This document shows positions 57,016 to 64,000 of a stretch of DNA of 64,000 bases, piece by piece (the stretch's first letter is position 1; every line of letters starts with the position of its first letter). The stretch comes from Escherichia phage UPWr_E2. The notes under the pieces were generated by a model, which did not search any database, was not told the DNA's origin, and saw nothing but the letters and a program-made list of their open reading frames with translations. Position numbers and translations under genes: made by a program. The stretch lies in the sequence record PP418986.1; one strand, written 5' to 3'.

Positions 57016-57208
57016 CCTAGAAAAGATTTATCGTCTTTGTGATAAAATTGAAAAAGAAAAGAAATATCTATTTTGTCTATGGCCTATTGTTGACGGAAGA
57101 GTAGGCCTAGATGTTCTTGATTATGAAACAGAAGACAAAGTAGATGGCGCAACTTTTGATAACGCTTTGGATGTTATTGATTGGCTTGAAGAAAATTATG
57201 TGAGGTAA
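57008..57208 (+). CDS. hypothetical protein
   Basis: 66-aa ORF. Confidence 0.4.
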   Translation: MNNLEKIYRLCDKIEKEKKYLFCLWPIVDGRVGLDVLDYETEDKVDGATFDNALDVIDWLEENYVR

Positions 57209-57210
57209 AT

Positions 57211-57486
57211 ATGTTTCCGACTTACTCTAAAATCGTAGAAGTAGTGTTTAGCCAAATTATCGCTAATAATATGTTTGAAAAACTTGATAACGCAGCTGAG
57301 CTTCGAATCCATGCTCAAGTGACTCATGTATTGAACACTTTGCTTCCAGACCAGGTGGATTCTGTTGCCATCACGTTGTATCCAGGTTCCGCGCATATCA
57401 TTGTCGTATTCGGTCTTGATGCTGAGCTAGTCATCAAAGGCGATATTCGCTTTGAATCACAGACATCAGAATTCAAAGCAATTTAA
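57211..57486 (+). CDS. hypothetical protein
   Basis: 91-aa ORF. Confidence 0.4.
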   Translation: MFPTYSKIVEVVFSQIIANNMFEKLDNAAELRIHAQVTHVLNTLLPDQVDSVAITLYPGSAHIIVVFGLDAELVIKGDIRFESQTSEFKAI

Positions 57487-57487
57487 A

Positions 57488-57520
57488 GTTTACTTTACGG
57501 TAGAGTTGTGATATTATAGC
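57488..57520 (+). promoter_or_regulatory. T4-type early promoter
   Basis: GTTTAC at 57488, TATTAT at 57513. Confidence 0.55.
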
Positions 57521-57547
57521 TCTACCAAAACAAACGAGGAAATTGAA

Positions 57548-58075
57548 ATGAGCGAATGGTTTGAAGAAGATAAGGTTTATCGCTTTAAAACTGGGTATAA
57601 AGATATTTTTAATGAAACTTGCGGGGCTAATAAACGAATTGCCCAGTTTATTGGGGAAAATTCATTTAAAGTAAAAATAGATCCTGCGAAAAATGTTATT
57701 AGCATTAAACGCGAAATTGATGACTGCTGGTATAAAGCTGTTGATGTAATGGGCGAATCCTATAAAGTTAGCCCGTTATTTTCAATTGCTTATATGTTAG
57801 AATATTCTTTTTTCGAAGAAGTTCAAAAAGATGATTCTGCCAGTAAATTTGAAATTAAAACTGATAAAGAAATTAAGTGGAAAGTAGTAGGTATTACTGG
57901 TTGTATGTTTTATATCTATGCTCAAACTGATACGAAGGAAGAAGCTAAAAATAAAGCTCTAGAATATCTTGAAGAGTATGAAGAAGGTCCGGTAATGATT
58001 ACTCAAGATGCTGAATTAGTTTCTGTCAAATTAGTTAAAAACGTTGAAAGTAAGGAGCTGGGATCAACATGCTAA
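57548..58075 (+). CDS. hypothetical protein
   Basis: 175-aa ORF with GAGGAAA SD. Confidence 0.45.
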   Translation: MSEWFEEDKVYRFKTGYKDIFNETCGANKRIAQFIGENSFKVKIDPAKNVISIKREIDDCWYKAVDVMGESYKVSPLFSIAYMLEYSFFEEVQKDDSASKFEIKTDKEIKWKVVGITGCMFYIYAQTDTKEEAKNKALEYLEEYEEGPVMITQDAELVSVKLVKNVESKELGSTC

Positions 58076-58305
58076 GTGAAAAACCAATTACTGTTAAAGA
58101 ATTCCAAGAAAAAGTTAAACTATTTGCACAGGAATTAGTAAATAAGGTTTCTGAACGATTTCCTGAAACGTCGGTTCGTGTTATTACCGAAACTCCTCGT
58201 TCAGTATTAGTAATTGTGAATCCAGGTGATGGCGATCAAATATCGCATCTTAAACTGGATTTTGATGGATTAGTTGAAGCACAAAGGGTGTATGGCGTAC
58301 TATGA
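58069..58305 (+). CDS. hypothetical protein
   Basis: 78-aa ORF. Confidence 0.4.
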   Translation: MLSEKPITVKEFQEKVKLFAQELVNKVSERFPETSVRVITETPRSVLVIVNPGDGDQISHLKLDFDGLVEAQRVYGVL

Positions 58306-58640
58306 TGAATTTAACTGATATAATTGATAATTGTCTTGAAAATGATACTGGCGATCATAGAGCGCTTGACTCTGAAACAGCACAGTTCATTAGAATAACT
58401 TTAATGAATGACACTCTAGTGAATAGTATTCATCCTTCTGTGTATGATGCTATTATTGTGACGAAGTATCCAGTTGAGCTTCACAAAAAGATGGTTGGCG
58501 CAATTTTTATTGATAAGAAAAACCGCTTTAAAGATGGGCAGAATATAATTAGTTCTGTTATTAAAAGTATAACTAAACTTCGTCACGAAATTTATCGTGT
58601 TGAAACTGCTAAATCTGCTTATCTGGTGATTATGAAATGA
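58302..58640 (+). CDS. hypothetical protein
   Basis: 112-aa ORF. Confidence 0.4.
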   Translation: MMNLTDIIDNCLENDTGDHRALDSETAQFIRITLMNDTLVNSIHPSVYDAIIVTKYPVELHKKMVGAIFIDKKNRFKDGQNIISSVIKSITKLRHEIYRVETAKSAYLVIMK

Positions 58641-59218
58641 AAGCGAGTACAGTACTTCAAATTGCATATTTAGTATCACAAGAATCAAAATGTTGCTCCT
58701 GGAAGGTAGGAGCAGTAATTGAAAAGAATGGACGTATTATTTCTACTGGGTATAATGGTTCACCCGCAGGGGGTGTGAACTGTTGTGATTATGCTGCTGA
58801 GCAAGGTTGGTTATTGAATAAGCCTAAACATACTATCATTCAAGGTCATAAGCCTGAATGCGTATCATTTGGTTCAACTGATCGTTTTGTCTTGGCGAAA
58901 GAACATCGTAGTGCTCACTCGGAATGGTCATCTAAAAATGAAATTCATGCTGAACTAAATGCGATTTTGTTTGCTGCACGAAATGGCTCTTCTATTGAAG
59001 GTGCTACTATGTATGTAACACTTTCTCCTTGTCCAGATTGTGCAAAAGCGATAGCTCAATCTGGTATTAAAAAGCTGGTTTATTGCGAAACATATGATAA
59101 AAATAAACCTGGCTGGGATGATATTCTGCGAAATGCAGGTATTGAAGTGTTTAATGTTCCTAAGAAAAACTTGAATAAGTTAAACTGGGAAAATATCAAC
59201 GAATTCTGTGGTGAATAA
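58637..59218 (+). CDS. cd: dCMP deaminase
   Basis: 193 aa; zinc-binding HAE...PCPDC deaminase motifs. Confidence 0.9.
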   Translation: MKASTVLQIAYLVSQESKCCSWKVGAVIEKNGRIISTGYNGSPAGGVNCCDYAAEQGWLLNKPKHTIIQGHKPECVSFGSTDRFVLAKEHRSAHSEWSSKNEIHAELNAILFAARNGSSIEGATMYVTLSPCPDCAKAIAQSGIKKLVYCETYDKNKPGWDDILRNAGIEVFNVPKKNLNKLNWENINEFCGE

Positions 59219-59454
59219 TGAAATTTCGTTTGGTACAACTCACAGCAATTAGTTCTTATTCCAACGAGAACATTTCATTTGCTGTAGAGTATAAGAAATA
59301 TTTTTTCTCTAAATGGAAGCAGTATTATAAGTCAGAATGGGTTTGTATTGATAGACCATATAGTTGGAAATCTGATTTAGAAAAATGCCAAAAATTACTT
59401 TCCACCCTTAAAGAACGTGGAACAACTCATATTAAAACTGTAATAGGTAAATAA
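59218..59454 (+). CDS. hypothetical protein
   Basis: 78-aa ORF. Confidence 0.4.
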   Translation: MKFRLVQLTAISSYSNENISFAVEYKKYFFSKWKQYYKSEWVCIDRPYSWKSDLEKCQKLLSTLKERGTTHIKTVIGK

Positions 59455-59763
59455 ATGAAACTGACAACTGAGCAGAAAGTAGCAATTCGTGAAATTTTGA
59501 AAACTAAATTGTCCATGGGTGTTTCAAACGTAGTTTTTGAAAAGTCTGACGGTACTATTCGTGTTATGAAAGGTACTCGCGATGCTGACTTTATGCCAAC
59601 CATGCAAACTGGTAAATTGACTGAATCTACTCGGAAAGAATCTACTGATATGATTCCAGTATTTGATGTTGAACTTGGTGCATGGCGAGGTTTTTCTATT
59701 GACAAATTGATTTCCGTTAATGGTATGAAAGTTGAGCATTTGCTCCAATTTATTGGTAAATAA
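59455..59763 (+). CDS. hypothetical protein
   Basis: 102-aa ORF. Confidence 0.4.
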   Translation: MKLTTEQKVAIREILKTKLSMGVSNVVFEKSDGTIRVMKGTRDADFMPTMQTGKLTESTRKESTDMIPVFDVELGAWRGFSIDKLISVNGMKVEHLLQFIGK

Positions 59764-59819
59764 ATGCTTTAAGAATTATTTGTTATTATTAATTCATCTG
59801 TTAACAAAAAGGAAAAACG

Positions 59820-60155
59820 ATGTCTGAAGTACAACAGCTACCAATTCGTGCTGTCGGTGAATATGTTATTTTAGTTTCTGAACCTGCACAAGCCGGTGAT
59901 GAAGAAGTTACAGAATCAGGACTTATTATCGGTAAACGTGTTCAAGGTGAAGTTCCTGAACTGTGTGTAGTTCACTCTGTCGGTCCTGATGTTCCTGAAG
60001 GTTTCTGTGAAGTTGGTGATTTGACTTCTCTTCCAGTTGGTCAAATTCGAAATGTTCCGCATCCTTTTGTAGCTCTGGGTCTTAAGCAGCCAAAAGAAAT
60101 TAAACAAAAATTCGTTACTTGTCACTATAAAGCTATTCCGTGTCTTTATAAGTGA
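59820..60155 (+). CDS. 31: co-chaperonin gp31 (GroES analogue)
   Basis: 111 aa beginning [35 protein letters not shown]. Confidence 0.9.
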
Positions 60156-60302
60156 TATAAATAATAATATGAATTGGGTGTCGGAATAATAAGTTAACCG
60201 AACAATTCTATGTGGTAGTCTACAACTGAGAGATCTGTCGAAAGAAGATGAAATTCAGAAGAACGTGACTACCGAGTTTTAATCTCTAACGAGAATTTTT
60301 AA

Positions 60303-60551
60303 ATGATTAAACAATTACAACACGCTCTTGAACTGCAACGAAACGCATGGAATAATGGTCACGAAAACTATGGCGCATCTATTGATGTTGAAGCCGAAGC
60401 TCTTGAAATCCTGCGTTATTTCAAACATCTGAATCCTGCTCAAACTGCATTAGCTGCTGAGCTTCAGGAAAAAGATGAACTTAAATATGCTAAGCCTCTG
60501 GCTTCTGCTGCACGAAAAGCAGTTCGTCACTTTGTGGTAACACTGAAGTAA
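60303..60551 (+). CDS. rIII: rIII lysis-inhibition accessory protein
   Basis: 82 aa beginning MIKQLQHALELQRNAWNNGHENYG; downstream of gene 31. Confidence 0.85.
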   Translation: MIKQLQHALELQRNAWNNGHENYGASIDVEAEALEILRYFKHLNPAQTALAAELQEKDELKYAKPLASAARKAVRHFVVTLK

Positions 60552-60949
60552 TTTATTGGAGAGTCACTGCCTTAGTGTGAAGTTAAAACGAGGAGCCGTC
60601 GAACTGTCTGATTAATGATTTGCGAATCATTATAGTTTTAAGACCCCGGCAGTTTTACGGTGTACCTCTTGAATGTTATTCTTATAGCGGCAAGTGCATG
60701 CTACCCCGAGGTGATGGCCAATCGGGAGTACGCCTCAAGGCCTATATATCCATCAGTATATATCTTATCCTCGAGAAATCGAACCCGGAACCTTTAAGCT
60801 AACGGTGTGCAACAGATAAGAGCTATAAGGTATGATGACGGGTTTATAGTTATCCTGGTCGTTAAATATCCAAAAACTTATGTTCCCCTTGAGGGCTTGC
60901 GCAGGCAATGCCAATAAGTCCTGCATTTTCATTTAAAAGAGAATTTATA

Positions 60950-61126
60950 ATGGCAAAACAAGCTAAAGCAAAGAAAGCAGTTGAAAAGAAAGTTGGTGAT
61001 TCTAAACGCGCTGGCTACAAGCGTGGGTCGAACTCTCGTATCAATCAAACTGTTGAGAAGATCATGCGCCGAGCACGTGCGGTTCTTCGAGATGATGCTT
61101 CTCGTTTTGGTAAGCAGAAAGCATAA
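60950..61126 (+). CDS. small lysine-rich basic protein
   Basis: ORF MAKQAKAKKAVEKK...; start uncertain (track begins 60908); followed by strong terminator. Confidence 0.4.
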   Translation: MAKQAKAKKAVEKKVGDSKRAGYKRGSNSRINQTVEKIMRRARAVLRDDASRFGKQKA

Positions 61127-61130
61127 GTTG

Positions 61131-61160
61131 AGGACTCCTTCGGGAGTCCTTTTTTATTTT
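61131..61160 (+). terminator. rho-independent terminator
   Basis: AGGACTCC TTCG GGAGTCCT hairpin and T-run; same hairpin as after soc. Confidence 0.8.
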
Positions 61161-61179
61161 CCAAAGATTGCATAAAGTT

Positions 61180-61212
61180 GTTTACAGTATGGTTCCTTTG
61201 TGATAGTATTAT
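61180..61212 (+). promoter_or_regulatory. T4-type early promoter
   Basis: GTTTAC at 61180, TGATAGTATTAT -10 region. Confidence 0.6.
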
Positions 61213-61236
61213 CTTACACAAACAAAGGAGAATAAA

Positions 61237-61560
61237 ATGAAAACGATTAATCTGAACGCTGCAGTTAAAACTAAATGCTTCAATGGTAAATATGATGAAA
61301 CTATGTGGTTCTTAATGGCAGTTGAAGGTGATATTATTGAAGTAGAAACAACAGAAGGTATGGGAACAGATTTCACCTTTACAATTCAAGTTCATAATTT
61401 CTTTACTGGTTGGATTTATGAATTGAATACAGTAATCGTTGGAAAAATTGAACAAAATGAATTAGGTGAATGGTATTATGTTACAGCTCGCCAACGTGCC
61501 GAACGCTTAATTGAGAAGATGAAAAAGTTGGTAAACTTGACATGCAGCATTGGAAAGTAG
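61237..61560 (+). CDS. hypothetical protein
   Basis: 107-aa ORF with AAGGAG SD. Confidence 0.45.
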   Translation: MKTINLNAAVKTKCFNGKYDETMWFLMAVEGDIIEVETTEGMGTDFTFTIQVHNFFTGWIYELNTVIVGKIEQNELGEWYYVTARQRAERLIEKMKKLVNLTCSIGK

Positions 61561-61570
61561 TAAAATAATT

Positions 61571-61602
61571 GTTTACTTTGGTACAGGATATGATATTATA
61601 TA
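61571..61602 (+). promoter_or_regulatory. T4-type early promoter
   Basis: GTTTAC at 61571, TATTAT at 61595. Confidence 0.6.
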
Positions 61603-61635
61603 CCTGTACCGCAATTAAACATCTTGGAGAATAAA

Positions 61636-62001
61636 ATGAACTACATCAACTTTGAACGTAAATATGTTTCTAATGGTATTGCAGGTTCTATTGATACTAT
61701 TTGCCTTTGGAAACATCAAAATGGATCAGTATGCGAAATTGAGCAGTATATGACTCCTAATTACGTTTATATGCGATTTGAAAACGGTATCACGGTTTCA
61801 ATCACGATGGAAGGTTCCAACTTTAAAATCGCTCTGGATGATGATTTCCGTGAACGCGATTTAGGGACTCATCCTTGCTGGAATGGCGTTAATCGCAAGC
61901 TTTTGGTTAAAACTTGGATTCGTCATATTCTGAGTAACAGAGCTAAACCTGAGCATCTTGAAGCAATCTTTGATGTAGTTCTTAACGAATTTGATATTTA
62001 A
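61636..62001 (+). CDS. hypothetical protein
   Basis: 121 aa from ATG 61636 after GGAGAA SD. Confidence 0.45.
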   Translation: MNYINFERKYVSNGIAGSIDTICLWKHQNGSVCEIEQYMTPNYVYMRFENGITVSITMEGSNFKIALDDDFRERDLGTHPCWNGVNRKLLVKTWIRHILSNRAKPEHLEAIFDVVLNEFDI

Positions 62002-62041
62002 AATAAATGAGGGGCTTTGGCCCCTTACTGAGGAAAATGTT

Positions 62042-62329
62042 ATGTTTATGACTACTTATTTTGATACCCGTAAAAACTTCTGCGAAGTAGTTTTCTCAAA
62101 GGCGCCTAAAGACCTTCCTGCACATTTGCAACCTACCAGTGAATCGATTAAAAACTACGTTAATGTAGTCTGCCCTTTAGAGTTCCGTACTGTAAATGGG
62201 CGCGATACTTTAGCTATCACTAAACTCAATCGTGAAATTGACATTGACCCTTCAATTGCGCGCGAAATTAATATTTCTGATATTGGTGGAGGTAATGTTA
62301 AATCGCATGGTTTTCAGATGAGGTTCTAA
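62042..62329 (+). CDS. hypothetical protein
   Basis: 95 aa from ATG 62042 after GAGGAAAAT SD. Confidence 0.4.
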   Translation: MFMTTYFDTRKNFCEVVFSKAPKDLPAHLQPTSESIKNYVNVVCPLEFRTVNGRDTLAITKLNREIDIDPSIAREINISDIGGGNVKSHGFQMRF

Positions 62330-62526
62330 TGAAATTCTTTTTAGATCAAACCGTTGAATTAAAGGGAGTTGGTATACCTGGATTAATTTCTAAGGTTTTA
62401 CCTGCATTTAAATTGGGAGATGTTCAAGTAAAAGAGGCTTATATTGTTTCTTGGGTAGATGGAAATGAAGACCTTCGTATGGGTGATGAATTATCTCCTA
62501 TCTACGGATTAAAGGAATTAGTATGA
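62329..62526 (+). CDS. hypothetical protein
   Basis: 65-aa ORF. Confidence 0.4.
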   Translation: MKFFLDQTVELKGVGIPGLISKVLPAFKLGDVQVKEAYIVSWVDGNEDLRMGDELSPIYGLKELV

Positions 62527-62729
62527 ATATAATTAATAAGATTTTTGGAATTCAGTACATTAAGGTCACATATAAAGTAACAGATAAAAATCCATATACC
62601 GATGAACATGAAGAACCACAAATTGAGTCTATTATATTAGAAAAAGGCAGTGACTGGCCAGTTGAATTTCGTCTACCAAACTATGGTCATTGGGCTGATG
62701 TTGAAATTATAAGCATTGAAAATGTCTGA
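62523..62729 (+). CDS. hypothetical protein
   Basis: 68-aa ORF. Confidence 0.4.
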   Translation: MNIINKIFGIQYIKVTYKVTDKNPYTDEHEEPQIESIILEKGSDWPVEFRLPNYGHWADVEIISIENV

Positions 62730-63180
62730 GTTAGAGATTAGAAGTAATTTTAGGTGGCCATCATGTGCATTAAGTAATTTCGCCCATTGGCCTTTCGTTA
62801 TGGATGGTATTCAATTTGGAGGTCTTGAAGGATTCCTCCAAGGATGCAAGGTGAAAAACGTTGAACAACAACGTCGTATATTTGGGTTATCCGGGCTTGC
62901 CGCTCAACAAGCTGGAAGGTCTTATGCTAGAGCTCAGGACCGTGGGACCCTCTTCTGGCTTGGAGTTCCATTTTCAAGATACTCCCCGGCGTGGAAAGAA
63001 TTATGCACAAATGCATATTTTGAAGCAGCGATTCAAAACAAGGGCTTTCGTGATGCATTACAAGCCTCGAAAGGAAAAGTTTTGAAGCACAGCATGGCTA
63101 GTGGTCTAACAAAAGATGATACAATACTAACCGAAGCTGAATTTATTGATGTGTTAAACCTATTAAGAGACTCTCTATGA
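62716..63180 (+). CDS. NADAR-like (YbiA/DUF1768-like) domain protein
   Basis: 154 aa; LSNFAHWPF..DGIQF..LEGFLQGCK resembles the NADAR core FSNFAAWP..DG..EHYFQAQK. Confidence 0.5.
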   Translation: MKMSELEIRSNFRWPSCALSNFAHWPFVMDGIQFGGLEGFLQGCKVKNVEQQRRIFGLSGLAAQQAGRSYARAQDRGTLFWLGVPFSRYSPAWKELCTNAYFEAAIQNKGFRDALQASKGKVLKHSMASGLTKDDTILTEAEFIDVLNLLRDSL

Positions 63181-64000
63181 AGCCTACTATTTTAACTGAT
63201 ATTGATGGAGTATGTTTAAGCTGGCAATCAGGTCTTCCTTATTTTGCTCAGAAATATAATCTTCCGTTAGAACATATTTTAAAAATGATCCAGGATGAGA
63301 AATTTATTTCTCCAGGTAAACTCTTTAATTGTGACGAAGAACTTGGCGTCAAGCTAATTGAAAAATACAATCGTTCAGATTTTATTCGTTACTTGTCTCC
63401 ATATAAAGATGCTCTGTGTGTAATTAACAAATTAAAAGAAGATTATAATTTTGTAGCTGTTACAGCATTGGGTGATTCTATTGACGCTCTGCTGAATCGT
63501 CAATTTAATTTGAACGCTCTTTTTCCTGGTGCCTTCTCAGAAGTACTGATGTGTGGTCATGATTCTTCAAAAGAAGAGTTGTTTAAAAAGGCAAAAGAGA
63601 AATATAACGTGATTTGTTATATTGACGATCTCGCTCACCATTGCGATCATGCGAGTGAAATATTAAATGTTCCTGTTTATTGGATGGCTCGAGGAGAGCG
63701 TGACAATATTCCAAAAACTGCTCAGCGAGTTTATACATGGAATGATGTAGAAAATAAGCTTTTTCCATCGAAGGAAAATAAAGAAAGTTTTGATAGTGAA
63801 AAATCTATAAAAGATGTAATTGAAAAGATGATTAAAAACGATTCTTTTCCTTGGAACACTACCTGGAGAACTCCTGGATTTAATCCTTATAATCATCTAT
63901 ATCATCCATATCAGACGCATCCGTTTCAGACATGGAACTATATTAAACCCGGTGGCATAGAGTATTTGTATAATAGACCTACTGGTGCTAATAATATTTT
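63177..64000 (+). CDS. HAD-superfamily hydrolase-like protein (3' end beyond window)
   Basis: Open frame from ATG 63177 to window end with no stop; N-terminal ILTDIDGV HAD motif I. Confidence 0.5.
   Translation, partial: MKPTILTDIDGVCLSWQSGLPYFAQKYNLPLEHILKMIQDEKFISPGKLFNCDEELGVKLIEKYNRSDFIRYLSPYKDALCVINKLKEDYNFVAVTALGDSIDALLNRQFNLNALFPGAFSEVLMCGHDSSKEELFKKAKEKYNVICYIDDLAHHCDHASEILNVPVYWMARGERDNIPKTAQRVYTWNDVENKLFPSKENKESFDSEKSIKDVIEKMIKNDSFPWNTTWRTPGFNPYNHLYHPYQTHPFQTWNYIKPGGIEYLYNRPTGANNI

Noticed and set aside
60775-60800. tRNA-like T-arm motif (rc GGGTTCGATTTC)
   Set aside because: Flanking sequence does not form the required T-stem or acceptor stem; no cloverleaf could be built by eye. 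A tRNAscan-SE run would be decisive.
60620-60802. 60-aa ORF in the GC-rich gap after rIII
   Set aside because: No SD and an implausible composition; the region is treated as non-coding and reported as a finding instead.

Overview
This window is a contiguous ~64 kb segment of a T-even (T4-like, T2-type) myovirus genome, in reverse orientation to the usual T4 map. Early/middle genes run on the + strand: 41, dmd, sp, 61, dam, 56, soc, modB/modA, srd, dda, dexA, a fused gene 39, rIIA, rIIB, ndd, stp, ac, 52, motA, arn, asiA; then rnh, dsbA, 33, 59, a segG-like GIY-YIG gene, 32, frd, split td, nrdA, a mobE-like HNH gene, nrdB, denA, rnlA, alc, pseT, cd, 31, rIII and 30.x-like ORFs. A late-gene block on the - strand (29975-40548) carries holin t, a T2-type gp38 adhesin and tail-fibre genes 37, 36, 35, 34. 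About 20 T4-type early promoters (GTTTAC -35 with TATAAT-like -10), several TATAAATA late promoters and GC-hairpin/T-run terminators are visible. The most notable observations are: a perfect 349-bp tandem duplication inside gene 37 that frameshifts the tail-fibre ORF; a td group I intron that has lost its homing-endonuclease ORF but keeps its 3' remnant; a PD-(D/E)xK-like ORF translationally coupled to dam; a NADAR-like ORF; and a GC-rich ~400-bp non-coding gap after rIII. All assignments rest on reading the translations and recalled T4 gene order; no database search was run.
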